DNA from: Squalus acanthias
Lineage: Eukaryota
Length of the DNA stretch: 64,000 nt
NCBI GenBank assembly: GCA_030390025.1
Contig: CM059432.1
Span: 57,662,001-57,726,000, forward strand
Direction of reading: 5' to 3'
Shown here: positions 39,356-52,200 of the stretch, piece after piece
Numbering within the stretch: the stretch's first letter is position 1
Layout: each line of letters begins with the position of its first letter
Translations under genes and position numbers: made by a program
Notes under the pieces: model-generated
What the model was told of the DNA's origin: nothing
Database searches by the model: none
Seen by the model: the letters and a program-made list of their open reading frames with translations, nothing else

Positions 39356-39866
39356 GGGGGGAATTTTAACGTAAACAAAAAGGGTGGGTTTGGAGTGTGG
39401 GGGTAGTTAAATTGTTAGAAATGGGTTTCCCGACCTGAACCCGCTTCCAACCCACCCACTTCCGGTTTTAACGGAGGTGACGGGGGCGGGCGACCAACCA
39501 TCTCACAGGGGGCGGAACGTCAATTTAAATATTATAATGAGGCTGGAAGCCTCTTTTTTAACCTCCATTTTGTTTTTAACTGCATGTGGACGGGTTTAAC
39601 ACATTTTGTGAAACCTGGCAGTTAAAGCAAGGTGGGGACTGCTGGATCCAGGAGGTAAGTGGCTTTAACCTCCCTGCCTAGCCCACCCGCCGCATTCAGA
39701 GACCCCCACACGAGGCCTCCGAGCCCTCCCCCGGCTCCTGATCCCCGGTCATCGCTCCCCCAAACCCCCCCCCCCCCCCACACCCGATCCTTGCCCCAGG
39801 CCCCAATCCTCGCTCCTCCCCTTCTCCCCAATCCTTTCCCCAGCCCTGATCTCCAGTCCTCGCTCT

Positions 39867-39902
<36 letters not shown>

Positions 39903-40525
39903 CCCCCGCCACCCCCTCCCAGATCCACTGCCCGGCCCCGATCCCCGGTCCTCACTCCCCACCCCGATCCACTGCCCGGCCCCGATCTCTGGTCCCCTCT
40001 TTCCCCCACCCCGATCCACTGCCCGGCCCCGATCCCCGGTCCTCTCTCCCCCACCCCGATCCATTGCTCGGCCCGGGTCATCGCTCCCCACCCCGATCCA
40101 CTGCCCGGTCCCGTCCCCGGTCCCCTCTCTCCCCCACCCCGATCCATTGCCCGGCCCCGATCTCTGGTCCCCTCTCTCCCCCACCCCAATCCATTGCCCG
40201 GCCCTGATCCCCGGTCCCCTCTCTCCCCCACCCCGATCCATTGCCCGTCCCCGATCTCTGGTCTTCTCTTCACCCCCTCCCCAGATCCATTTAACAGCCC
40301 AGCCTGCACGCAAACCCTCTCTTCTCCGTATGGCCGCAGGCCTACCCGCCTGCAGCCAGCCAGCCTCTCAATCTGGCTGGCTGCGGGTGGGAAACTGAGG
40401 CCTCAGATGCAAATCAGGCCCTGCCATTAAAGTTGACAGGGCCTGCGGGAAACCCGGCCTCCCGGGTTTCCCGACCGCATCAGAGCCTGCCCGCCCCCAA
40501 CCCATTTCCTCCAGAAAAGTCCGGC
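39356..40525. mobile_element. GC-rich MITE-like element containing a minisatellite
   Basis: Starts GGGGGGAATTTT like the other Harbinger termini here; ggcggg/cccgcc subterminal motifs; right end uncertain. Confidence 0.5.
39868..40285. repeat. Poly-C (33 nt) plus ~35-45-bp C-rich minisatellite
   Basis: About eight imperfect units of ccccaccccgatccactgcccggccccgatccccggtcccctctct. Confidence 0.9.
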
Positions 40526-40701
40526 AGCAATGTTTCATCATGGGGCATTTGATCACGTGACATTTGGGATGGGGACTAAGGAGCGTAAGAGACCAAACTC
40601 TTATGACTTAGAGTTTGGGAGAGGAAAACAATAAACACTGAAGTAAGAACAGAAGCCCGAAAATCAATGATATTGCAAAAGGTTCTGGAATAAAAGTCCT
40701 A

Positions 40702-41591
40702 GGGGGAGAAATTCGGTATCGGCCAGTTTGGGGCGCAATTATCGGCCGGGCGCAAAATTTAGCGCCTGGCGCTAATTATCGCCTCCGACTGCAAACTTGG
40801 CTTCTATCGCCTCTGGAGGTGATTGCAGCGCTAAATCAGGCGCTACACATCTGTCTTAAGGTGCTAACACCGAGGAGCGAGGCGCTACCTCAGAGCGCTG
40901 GCGAAGCTCATGTGATGTCAGTTAGCAATGGAACACACACACAATGGCGCCGGCCAGTTCTTAAAGGGGAGGGTTGATCTTGCTTTCCATCCACATCCTG
41001 CTCATTGCAGCCTTGAATCTCGGCCTGGAGAGACTTGTACATCAAATCTGCTGGAAAGAACAATGGAGAGGCCCAGGGAAAGAGCTCAGAGTGCAGCCCC
41101 CATCGTCTCTTCTAAATCGATGCAAGGAAGGTCAAATCAAAATGAACCTGCAAAGTGCTGCTCAGTACCCAAAACTCCTTCACACAGCATTGAAACTCTC
41201 CAGGAGTCTCTCTCTCTCAGAATGCGTGGTGCAAAAATGTCGCCGACAAAAAAAGGCAGGAAGCGGTTGCCTTTAAATAGCGCTCCCCCAGTCCCTTCTC
41301 AACTGCAAAACGTTCCCCTCAACCTGTCGTTGCTAGCGGCAGGTGGAAAGGCAGGGGGCACCACTCAATATCCGGTCCGGGGCGTTACCGGGGCATTGCA
41401 CGCTCGACTGACGTCACGATCTGCGAGCGCAGGAGATCGTGGTGGTAGTGTTTAGCGCCGCCGCAAAATGTCTGGTCAATTTCGCGAGCGGCGCAAACAT
41501 CGCCGCACCCAGGCGCTAGTTGCTTTGCGCCCCATTAGCGCCCTCTTAAGGCGCTAACGAGAGGCGCAAAGCAACCGAATTTTTCCCGCCC
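40702..41591 (+). mobile_element. Harbinger-type MITE family A, copy 3
   Basis: GGGGGAGAAATTCGG...CCGAATTTTTCCC; homologous to 8459-9262. Confidence 0.85.
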
Positions 41592-42086
41592 ATTCTGTAC
41601 CAGTAATAAATGCTAGCAACTTGTCAGCAAATTACCAAACCTAGAATCTACATAGAGAAGACCAAAATTCAAATATATTGAGGTTTTACTTCATAGTATC
41701 CTGTTTCGCTGCAGTCAAATAGAGTAGTATTAGAGCAACTCCAAACACCGCCACTCCCCCAAAATGAGAGCACCATTAATAATAAAAAAAACAGATGGCC
41801 TGTTCAAATTAAACTTTATGACAGTAATTTGAGTGGTAATTTGGAAATTAAGCTCAAGTAAACAATAAATGTACTTAAATTATGTTGGACTCATTAGTTT
41901 GATTACCATTCCCGTCTCTACGCTTCCTGCTCTTGATGCCAGTCAGTGAGCAGCACCTGTGACTGCTGGAGCTGTTCAAGCCACCACCAGCCAATGATGG
42001 AGGGGTTAACGTGAAGAGCCGCACTACAACCAAACAAGTTGAAAGGGGAAAGAGAGCTGCATTTCATCAACAGAAGAGTCTCGTGG

Positions 42087-42120
42087 TTTATAGGGTGTTG
42101 ATTGGTCAGCTATTTATTGG
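42087..42120 (-). promoter_or_regulatory. Candidate Pol II promoter (two CCAAT boxes + TATAAA)
   Basis: Minus strand CCAAT at 42120-42116 and 42105-42101, TATAAA at 42092-42087; downstream ATG|gtaatc at 41909-41901. Confidence 0.2.
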
Positions 42121-42375
42121 ACGATTTAAAGAGCTTGTGTTGACTGGTTCATCCTGAGCCAGCCACAGCTATTCTGTACAGAAGAAAGCAGATATCAAAA
42201 CATGTTGTGTAGTAACTGTATTCTTTGAGTGATCGTAGCTTTCCCTAAAACAGCAACAGGGTAGAATTACACAAAATTGATTTTGGACACTCAAATTTTT
42301 AACTGTCCTATAAATTTGTATACACACTGAATACACATTGATGCTAAAATTATACTTTTAGAACTTGCCTTGTGT

Positions 42376-42489
42376 GGTCAGGAATTTGCTTGTAGCTGGT
42401 CCCGCTCTCCCACCGGAGTGGTGGCAGAACTGCACTTCCGGGGAAGTGACAGTGGTGAGGTGTGAACAGCTACAAGTAAATTTCAGGCC
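42376..42489. repeat. Short palindromic MITE-like element centred on CACTTCCGGGAAGTG
   Basis: aatttgcttgtagctg...cagctacaagtaaatt arms. Confidence 0.6.
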
Positions 42490-42802
42490 ATTTCTTGAAA
42501 TGGGAGGCAAGGAATGGCTAGGATTCTGTCAACAGAAGACGGACATCTGTAAATTGTGCTTGTATGCAGATCCTCGAGCCTCATGGAGGTCGGTACGATG
42601 GAATTTGATGACCGGAAAATAGCAGGCAAAGAAAGTACACAGGCGCAAATCACTGACGTTAGCCGCGAAGTGCGAACTTTACTTTTCTTCTGGGTTGCTA
42701 GCAGCAGTACCCGAGAGATTAATCTTTCATTCCTGGAGACTCCCGGGCAATCCGGGAGTGTTGGACACCCTAGTTTAAAGCTTATTACTAACCCATTATC
42801 TA

Positions 42803-44308
42803 TTTTTTTTATTCGCTTATGTGATCTGGGTGTCGCTGGCAAGGCCAGCATTTATTGTCCAACCCTAGTTGCCCTTGAGAAGCTGGTGGTGAGCCGCTTT
42901 CTTGAACCACTGCAGTCCGTATGTTGAAGGTACTCCCACAGTGCTGTTAGGAAGGGAGTTCCAGGATTTTGACCCAGCGACGATGAAGGATCGGCGATAT
43001 ACTTCTAAGTCAGGATGGTGTGTGACTTGGAGGGGAACTTGGAGGTGGTGGTGTTCTCATGCGCCTGCTGCCCTTGTCCTTCTAGGTGGAAGAGGTTGCG
43101 GGTTTGGGAGGTGCTGCCAAAGAAGCCTTGGCGAGTTGCTGCAGTGCATCTTGTAGATGGTACACACTGCAGCCACGGTGCGCCGGTGGTGGAGGGAGTG
43201 AATGTTTAAGGTGGTGGATGGGGTGCCAATCAAGCGGGCTGCTTTGTCCTGGATGGTGTCGAGCTTCTTGAGTGTTGTTGGAGCTGCACTCATCCAGGCA
43301 AGTGGAGAGTATTCCATCACTCTCCTTACTTGTGCCTTGTAGATGGTGGAAAGGCTTTGGGGAGTCAGGAGGTGAGACACTTGCCGCAGAATACCTAGCC
43401 TCTGACCTGCTCTTGTTGCCACAATATTTATGTGGCTGGTCCAGTTAAGTTTCTGGTCAATGGTGACCCCCAGGATGTTGATAGTGGGGGATTCGGCGTT
43501 GGTAATGTCGTTGAATGTTAAGGGGAGGTGGTTAGACTCTTGCTTGTTGGAGATAGTCATTGCCTGGCTCTTCTGTGGCGCGAATGTTACCTGCCACTTA
43601 TCAGCCCAAGCCTGAACATCATCCAGGTCTTGTTGCATGCAGGCATGGACTGCTTCATTATCTGAGGAGTTGTGAATGGCGCTGAACACTCTAGTCATCA
43701 GCGAGCATCCCCATTTCTGACCTTATGTTGGAGAGAAGGTCATTGATGAAGCAGCTGAAGATGGTTGGGTCTATGACACTGCCCTGAGCCTGAGGAACTC
43801 CTGCAGCGATATCCTGGGGCTGTGATGATTGACCTTCAATCACCACAACCATCTTTCTTTGTGCTAAGTATGACCCCAGCCAGTGGAACGTTTTCCCCCT
43901 GATTCCCATTGACTTCAATTTTACTAGGGCTCCTTGATGCCACACTCGGTCAAATGCTGCCTTGATGTCAAGGACAGTCACTCTCACCTCACCTCTGGAA
44001 TTCAGCTCCTTTGTCCATGTTTGGACCAAGGCTGTAATGAGGTCGGGAGCCGAGTGGTCTTGGCGGAACCCAAACTGGGCATCGGTGAGCAGGTTATTGG
44101 TGAGTAAGTGTCGCTTGATAGCACTATCGATGACACCTTCCATCACTTTGTTGATGATTGAGAGTAGACTGGGGCGGTAATTGGCCGGATTGGATTTGTC
44201 CTGCTTTTTGTGGACAGGACATACCTGAGCAGTTTTCCACATTGTCAGATAGACGTTGTAGCTGTACTGGAACAGCTTGGCTAGAGGCGCGGCTAGTTCT
44301 GGAGCACA
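42803..44308 (-). mobile_element. Jockey-group (CR1/L2-like) LINE family X, 3' fragment
   Basis: WKTAQVCPVHKKQDKSNPANYRP, LDIKAAFDRVWH, ADD, YKAQVRRVMEY; A-rich tail. Confidence 0.9.
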
Positions 44309-45399
44309 TGTCTGAAGCTTTTATTTTTGTTTTTCTTTGCTATTGCCAACTAATTTTAAAATCTGTCATTGTGCCATTTTCTATGGGCCTGCACCCTTTA
44401 TTCTGGCCTATTTGCTGAGGTCAGAGCCATTTATGTATGTAGGGCTGGCACCAGGCCCATCTACACCACTGGCTGGTGATTCAAAAACATTTTAAGACTT
44501 TTTTCTTTGAAATTACCATTGTGATTTCCTTCATCAAAGTGCCTGCAGCAGCGAAGTAGGGATGACTACTCATGAGGCAGTTTTGCTAGAGGAGCCCATT
44601 TAAAAATATAATAAAATTCCATAGGTCATGAAGTGAATTGATCGCCCCGCAATTGACTCAATGCCGGTATGGGGATTTAAATTTTGAAAGGCCTTCTATC
44701 GGCCTTTAGCAGGCTGAATGTCAGTATAATGCTGGTGTTACTGCCATGCATGTTGCTAGTGGTGGTAATGACAGATATGATGTACAATGTCACTTTGCCA
44801 TTGGCACCTCCTTTAACTATGCCTACCTATATTTGGGTGGGTTTATTCAATGTCCGCTGCCACTTCCAGCAAAGAATCCCAGAAGTCGCAGTGATCGGCA
44901 GGAAGTTGGTGATTTGGTTCTCCCGGCAATTTTCTGTTCCTGCCCATCCCATTAACACCACCAAAGCAACGTAATTGTGGATGAAAATCCAGCCCAGTAA
45001 GAGCCAGTGTTACACTGGAGGTTGGTGCACTGAGAAAGTTGATGCGTGTTTGACTCCAGAAAAGGTTGATTGGGTCCCACTGGAGAAATCTAGGTTAAGG
45101 AAGCAAAGAAACGGTCTTTTTTTTAAGAAAAAATTGAATTGGGCCTCTTATACAAGGGGCCTTAAAGGTGTCTTTGGGGGAATGGAGATACTTGGGCATA
45201 TCCTGCCCCAAAGATCAGCATCATCAGAGTTTTGGGCTGCATGGGGATGGCAGGCACCAGAGATGTTACCGTAGTGATGCTGGAGCCCTCTGGCCCTATG
45301 CAAATGAGGTGCTCTCCCACTGACCCTACCAACCGCTGGAATCACGGCTCACTGATTTTCCAGGGCAGTATATTAAAAAAATTCTGAAGCTCAAATAGA

Positions 45400-47400
45400 A
45401 TTTACTGGAGGGCATACTGCAGAACAAGAGGTTCAATGACCTGACCAGGCCAAGCAAGTGAACATATCATCCATTCTCCATTTTCTTACTTGGACACACT
45501 GGACCTCAGCACACTCTTTAAATTAAGAGCTTTACAACTAATAGCTTCACACTAGTTAAAAGGAGATTTTACAGGCTGTGTCGCCATTTCCCCTAACAAC
45601 ACTTGCTTGCAAGCAGAACCTTGAAACTCCTTCCTCTACTTTAACACGGTGATCTCTTACATCAGCTGTCTGATGTCACCTGGGAGACAGTCCTCAATAG
45701 CTAACCATCACCTAAGTTACTCAATCTTGTTGCAGGAGAAACTTGTACACAATGCCCACTACTGAATGGGCACTGGTAGGGGCATCGATGACATTAAGGA
45801 GCTCACCCCTATGAGGAGCTGGCCATGGAGGTGCTGGAGAGGTACTCTGCTCTTGCTGTTTTGGTGGCAGTAGGAGAAAGATTAGACAACGCCATGCATA
45901 CAAGCTTCCAGACCCTGGGGGCCAGGATGCAGGCCACTATCACTCAGGCTTTCAGGATCTGATCTATGCCACCAGAGCAGCCACCCCACTGATTAGTGAG
46001 GACAGAGATCCAGGCCCCAGTGGAATGACGGTGGGTCGAGACAACCTACTTGACTCAGGACATTAGTGCAAGCCAGGTATCTAACCTTCCCCCTCAGAAT
46101 ACCACACCAATAATAGACGCATAGGAGGTGACACCAGGCTGCCCAGGCACAAACTCCAGAGATACAGCCAGCAGTGGCTCCCTCCTAGGAGCAAAATGCC
46201 ATGATAGGACACCCAACTCAGTTACAAAAGCAGCATACCACATCCTGTAATACTGGCCTTCAGGTTGAACTTAGGAGAAGCACTAGAATAATGGAAAGAA
46301 AGGCACATTAACCAGCCAGAAGTGCACGGTGTTAGGAAATAATAGGTTCACATGTGTTTACTTTGGACTTTGTTGTATTAAAATAGAATATGTATTTATG
46401 TAGTGTTTTGCTATTCATGGTGTTAGAGTGATACTTGTTTTGTGCTTACTTATTAAATCAGGTGATTATCATTGGTATAGTCATGTAGGGACAGAGAGGA
46501 CTGATGTATTGCAATGTTCTAGGATTGATACTGGATTGAGGAATTGGTCCTTTATTTGAAAGTGGGAGAAGAAATAAAGGCACTGGTATCATAGGTAGAC
46601 TATGTTAAATAGAAGAGCAGACTTCAATTATCAGTTGTGCTCTGATGCCCCTTGCAGCAGTCACTGAGGAGGTCTTTGAATAATGATCATCATGATGCTC
46701 TTCTCCATTTACTTCCAAAATCGCTAGGGCCACTCCCCAGTGACATGCAAGATCCTTTGCATGTTTCAGGAAGTGGAAACCCTTTCTGCTGAGGAAGTTG
46801 AGAGGTTTGACTATAGGAACTCGCAAAGCAACTTTGGTGTCATTTATTGCACCCTGGACTTTGGAAAAGCCATAAACCCTGTAAAAATGGATGGCCCTAC
46901 CTCATGCCTTGCTGTGATGCCAAAGGTGATGAATTCCCCAGCTCTCCTGAAAAATGCATAAATCACCTGATGAATACATGTCTTGTACTAAATTCTGGCC
47001 AATATTACAAGAACCCACATGGCTGCCTGAAATGACCCAGTGTCATAAAGGCGGAGTATGTTCATCAGACAGAGAAATGTGGACAGATGATCGTGGCTGC
47101 AGGCAGTAGCTGGCACAGGTCTCCTATTGTCTTTTTGGGAATACACATAATTTCACAAAGGTCCTCATAGCTCCTGCGTTGCCTATTATTATCCTTTGAA
47201 TTCTCCTTGAATGCAGCCTCACTCTCCATTCCTCCATTCTCTCCTCTGCCGCCATGATAATAGCATACAAAGAAATGCTCATAGGGAATGATGTACCTGC
47301 TCCTGAGAAGCCCTCACTGTGGGTGGGGAGATCAAAAGCTCCTGGTGATCTCACATTTTCACAGACAGTAAGAAGCAAGCCTAAGAAGGCCAAAAAAATA
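45400..47400. mobile_element. Degenerate autonomous-type Harbinger: Myb gene remnant (+, ~45730-46310) converging on transposase remnant (-, ~46600-47300)
   Basis: ttgcag|EKLVHNAHY*MGTGRG...EELAMEVL resembles Myb exon 2; LRRSTR-like C-terminus; minus strand KVQGAINDTKVALRVP...SRKGFH. Confidence 0.65.
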
Positions 47401-48920
47401 ATTCTAAAAAGTTCTTTCCAGTTGCAGTAATCACTTCTGAAACGTTCAGTGCTCTCAGGCTCTAAAACCTCTCACTTCCACTGACTGTGGCAACAGATCC
47501 ACCTTATATTTCGTATTCAAACTTACTTCTGGACATAATTTTCAACTTACCGCTGGAGCATAAACCAGTGTTGCGGATTGGGTGCCTGTTATAGAGACTG
47601 GCCCATTCTCCTTTCCATTGAAGTGAATCGAACGGAAAATCACAGGGTTTCTATAACGGGTGCCTGACCATCAATTTTACACTCCAGCTGTAAGTTAATA
47701 AATGGACCCGCACCCCAAGTGTATTGCGAGTGTAAAACCAGGAAGTTCAGAAATGCAGCACCACTGGTTCAGATTAAAAAATATTTTAAATTAGGTGGCT
47801 GGGGACTCAGCAGGCAGATAGTGGGAAGGGCCAAATCATATTTGGAAATTTGGAGATTTTGTTTTACGGTGGAAATTACTCCTGTCCCAATTTGCTGCGC
47901 ACACCGAAAATTTTTGCATCGGGCCCTATATTCTGATCTATTAAAGCTAGTTCAAATTTGATGTGGGATGTGTGAAATTTCAGTAATTATTATGAATTTT
48001 GCATACTGCTGCCTGCAGAAATCACCTAGTAATAATATCACATTAAGAATGACTCTCACAAGAGATTTGTGAAGTACGCTTTGCTTTACTGTAAAAATGG
48101 CTCCTCAGTAAACATGTTGGATTAAAACCTACTGCTCCTCAAATGTATTGAAAATGCAGAAAAATATTTTTGTATTCCATAACATTATATAATCATGTAA
48201 TTAAGTGGTATGTGCATTATCTTAATGGTACACTGTCTAGGAAGTCAATTTATCTAATTTAGACACAGTGCATTCTTCAGGTTTTCTGATAAAGAATGCT
48301 GATCAGTCTTTGACTGCAGCTTGGCCATGTGCCACATTGGAAATGAAATGTGATTCTGATTCAGCCTGATGGATGGTTGCCACGACAGTTCATTTTCCCT
48401 GGAGTCTTCTGTTTTTACCAGCCAGCTTTGCATTCTGCTGCAGTAACCAATCCTTTGGATATGGTAAATCACAGGAAAACAAAAAGAAATGTTACCGTCC
48501 ATTACCAAAAAATGACAAGGCTATAATCTTTCACTTTGAGACCATACACATAAATAAAAAATGTAACATTGTCCATTTCAATGTTGTTCCTGTTTTGTGG
48601 GCGAACATGTAGCCCAACAGAATATCCCTGAGAGCTATGGTGCGATTAAATGACTCAACTGAAATAGCCTGAATAATAAAAGAAACTTTTAACAAATATT
48701 CAAGATCAAAACTTGTTCATGAGTCAAACTCAGCACAGGATGTATGATGTAGAGAAAAGTATTACAAAATTTTAGGTGTCAAAGTACTTTGTGTAACGAG
48801 GTAGAGCTGGATACGTTGGGCTCATGGCAGGCAAATGATGTTTAACTTAGAAAAGCACATAGTTATGCATGTGGGCAAGGCGAATGCTGAACATATGTAC
48901 ACTCTTATTTACACTCGGCT

Positions 48921-51772
48921 ATTTTTTTTTAAATTCGTTTTTATGGGATGTGGGCATCGCTGGCAAGGCCAGCAATTATTGCCCACCCCTAATTGCCCTT
49001 GAGAAGGTGGTGCTGAGCCGCCTTGAACCGCTGCAGTCCGTGTGGTGAAGGTACTCCCACAGTGCTGTTAGGGAGGGAGTTCCAGGATTTTGACCCAGTG
49101 ACGATGAAGGATCGGCGATATAATTCTAAGTCAGGATGCTGTGTGACTTGGAGGTGGTGGTGTTCCCATGCGTCTGCTGCCCTTGTCCTTCTAGGTGGAA
49201 GAGGTTGCGGGTTTGGGAGGTGCTGCCGAAGAAGCCTTGGTGAATTGCTGCAGTGCATCTTGTAGATGGTACACACTGTAGCCATGGTGCGCTGGTGGTG
49301 AAGGGAGTGAATGTTTAAGGTGGTGGATGGGGTGCTAATCAAGCGGGCTGCTTTGTCCTGGATGGTGTCGAGCTTCTTGAGTGTTGTTGGAGCTGCACTC
49401 ATCCAGGCAAGTGGAGAGTATTCCATCACGCTCCTTACTTGTGCCTTGTAGATGGTGGAAAGGTTTTGGGAAGTCAGGAGGTGAGACACTCGCCACAGAA
49501 TACCTAGTATTTATGTGGCTGGTCCAGTTAAGTTTGTGGTCAATGGTGACCCCCCCAGGATGTTGATGGTGGGGGATTTGGCGATGGTAATACCGTTGAA
49601 TGTCAAGGGGAGGTGGTTAGAGTCTCGCTTGTTGGAGATAGTCATTGCCTGGCTCTTCTGTGGCGCGAATGTTACCTGCCACTTATCAGCCCAAGCCTGA
49701 ACGTTATCCAGGTCTTGTTGCATGCGGGCATGAACTGCTTCATTATCTGAGGAGTTGTGAATGGCGCTGAACACTGTGCAGTCATCAGCGAATATCCCCA
49801 TTTCTGACCTTATGTTGGAGGAAGGTCATTGATGAAGCAGCTGAAGATGGTTGGGTCTAGGACACTGCCCTGAGGAACTCCTGCAGCGATGACCTGGGGC
49901 TGTGATGATTGACCTTCAACCACCACAACCATCTTCATTTGTGTATGACTCCAGCCAGTGGAGCGATTTCCCCCCCCGATTTCCATTGACTTCAATTTTA
50001 CTAGGGCTCCTTGATGTCACACTTGGTCTAATGCTGCCTTGATGTCAAGGGCAGTCACTCTCACCTCACCTCTGGAATTCAGCTCCTTTGTCCATGTTTG
50101 GACCAAGGTTGTAATGAGGTCGGGAGCCGAGCGGTCTTGGCGGAACCCAAACTGGGCATCCGTGAGCAGGTTATTGGTGAGCAAGTGCCGCTTGATAGCA
50201 CTTTCGATGATACCTTCCATCACTTTGCTGATGATTGAGAGTAGACTGCTGGGTTGGATTTGTCCTGCTTTTTGTGGACCGGACATACCTGGGCAGTTTT
50301 CCACATTGTCGGATAGATGCCCGTGTTGTAGCTGTACTGGAACAGCTTGGCTAGAGGTGCGGCTAGTTCTGGAGCACAAGTCTTCAGCACGATAGCCGGG
50401 ATGTTGTCGGGGCCCATAGCCTTTGCTGTATCCAGTGCGCTCAGCTGTTTCTTGATATCATGTGGAGTGAATTGAATTGATTGAAGACTGGCTTCTGTGA
50501 TGGTGGGGACCTCAGGAGCAGGCTAATATGGATCATCCACTCGGCACTTCTGGCTGAAGATAGTTGCAAACGCTTCAGCCTTGTCTTTTGCACTCACGTG
50601 CTTGGCTCCACCATCATTGAGGATGGGGATATTCATGGAGCCTCCTCCTCCCATTAGTTGTTTAATGGTCCACCACCATTCACGACTGGATGTGGCAGGA
50701 CTGCAGAGCTTTGATCTGATCCGTTGAATCGCTTAGCCCTGTCTATAGCATGCTGCTTCCACTTTTTAACATGCATGTAGTCCTGTGTTGCAGCTTCCCC
50801 AGGTTGGCACCTCATTTTTAGGTACGCCTGGTGCTGCTCCTGGCATGCTCTTCTACACTCTTCATTGAACCAGGGTTGGTCCCCTGGCTTGCTGGTAATG
50901 GTAGAGTGAGGGATATGCCGGGCCATGAGGATTCAGATTGTGGTGGAATACAATTCTGCTGCTGCTCTCGCCCACAGCGCCTCATGGATGCCCAGTTTTG
51001 AGCTGCTAGATCTGTTCTGAATCTATCCCATTTAGCAAGGTGGTAGTGCCACACAACACGATGGACAGTGTCCTCAGTGTGAAGATGGGACTTCGTCTCC
51101 ACAAGGACTGTGCGGTGGTCACTGCTACCAATACATGGACAGATGCATCTGTGACAGGTAGATTGGTGAGGACGAGGTCAAGTAGGTTTTTCCCTCGTGT
51201 TCGTTTTCTCACCACCTGTCGCAGGCCCAGACTGGCAGTTATGTCCTTCAGGACTCGGCCAGCTCGGTCAGTAGTGGTGCTACAGTGCCTCTTCCAAGTG
51301 GTGTTCAACATGGAGGAGTACTGATTCATCAGCTGAGGGAGGGGGGTAGGTGGCAATCAGCAGAAGGTTTCCTTGCCAATGCTTGACCTGAAGCCATGAG
51401 ACTTCATGGGGTCCGGAGTCAATGTTGAGGACTCCCAGGGCCACTCCTTCCTGACTGCATACTACTGTGCCACCATCCCTGGTGAGTCTGTCCTGCCAGT
51501 GGGACAGGACATACCCAGGGATGGTGATGGAGGAGTTTGGTAAGGAGACCAAGTAAGGATGGCAGATTTCCTTCCCTAAAGGACATTAGTGAACCAGATG
51601 GGTTTTTATGACAATCTGTTAGTTTCATGATACTAGTAATTATTCCAGATTTATTTAATTAACTGAATTTAAATTCCCCAGCTGCCGTGGGATTTGAACT
51701 CACGTCTCTGGATCATTAGTCCAGGCCTCTGGATTACTAGCCCAGTGACATTACCACTACGCTACCGTACCC
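48921..51772 (-). mobile_element. LINE family X, near full length with internal deletions, tRNA-like head at 51546-51772
   Basis: EN remnants (IPGYVLSH.QDR, NLLDLVLTN) and RT; head has A box GGTAGCGTAGTGGT and B box GAGTTCAAATCCC. Confidence 0.88.
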
Positions 51773-51773
51773 G

Positions 51774-51978
51774 TTAAGAAGGGTGAGAGAGGGAAACCAG
51801 GGAATTATAGACCAGTTAGGATAACATCTGTTGTCGGGAAATTACTAGCGTCTATAAATAAGGTTGACTGAACACCTTGAAAATTTTCAGCTGATCAGAG
51901 AGAGCCAGCATGTATTTGTAAAGGTAGGTCATGCTTGACGAACCTGACTGAAATATTTGAAGAGGTGACTAAAGTAAT
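51774..51978 (+). mobile_element. CR1 RT fragment
   Basis: KKGERGKPGNYRPV-like coding remnant. Confidence 0.7.
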
Positions 51979-51980
51979 GA

Positions 51981-52200
51981 GAAGTCGCACAACACCAGGT
52001 TATAGTCCAACAGCTTTATTTGAAATCACAAGCTTTCGGAGCGCTGCTCCTTCGTCAGGTGAAGTGAAGAAATACATATGGGCACAGCATATATAGTCAG
52101 AGAACAATGCCAGACGACTACAGTTAATCTTTCTAACTGCCCTTTATCACACCTCGGCAGAGAGACAATCACGGCAATCAAAGGTGTGGATGGTGTCCAA
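51981..52200 (-). mobile_element. pLTR fragment of a second PLE family
   Basis: Contains a hammerhead motif and an ...ataaagctgttggactataacctggtgttgtgcgactt end unrelated to the first PLE family. Confidence 0.65.
52026..52062 (-). ncRNA. Minimal hammerhead ribozyme (second family)
   Basis: tcac-CTGACGA-a-ggagc(agc)gctcc-GAAA-gctt-gtga; palindrome AAGCTT; helix I tcac/gtga. Confidence 0.85.

Noticed and set aside
39622..40313. Long Pro-rich and Gly-rich ORFs (182-205 aa)
   Set aside because: By-products of the C-rich minisatellite, open in several frames.
39342..40557. CATTTGATCACG direct repeat as a TSD
   Set aside because: Not flush with the right end; part of an iterated tcacgtga/cattt motif in flanking DNA.
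40928..41455. 175-aa ORF in MITE family A
   Set aside because: Frame not preserved in the other two copies and no recognisable motif.
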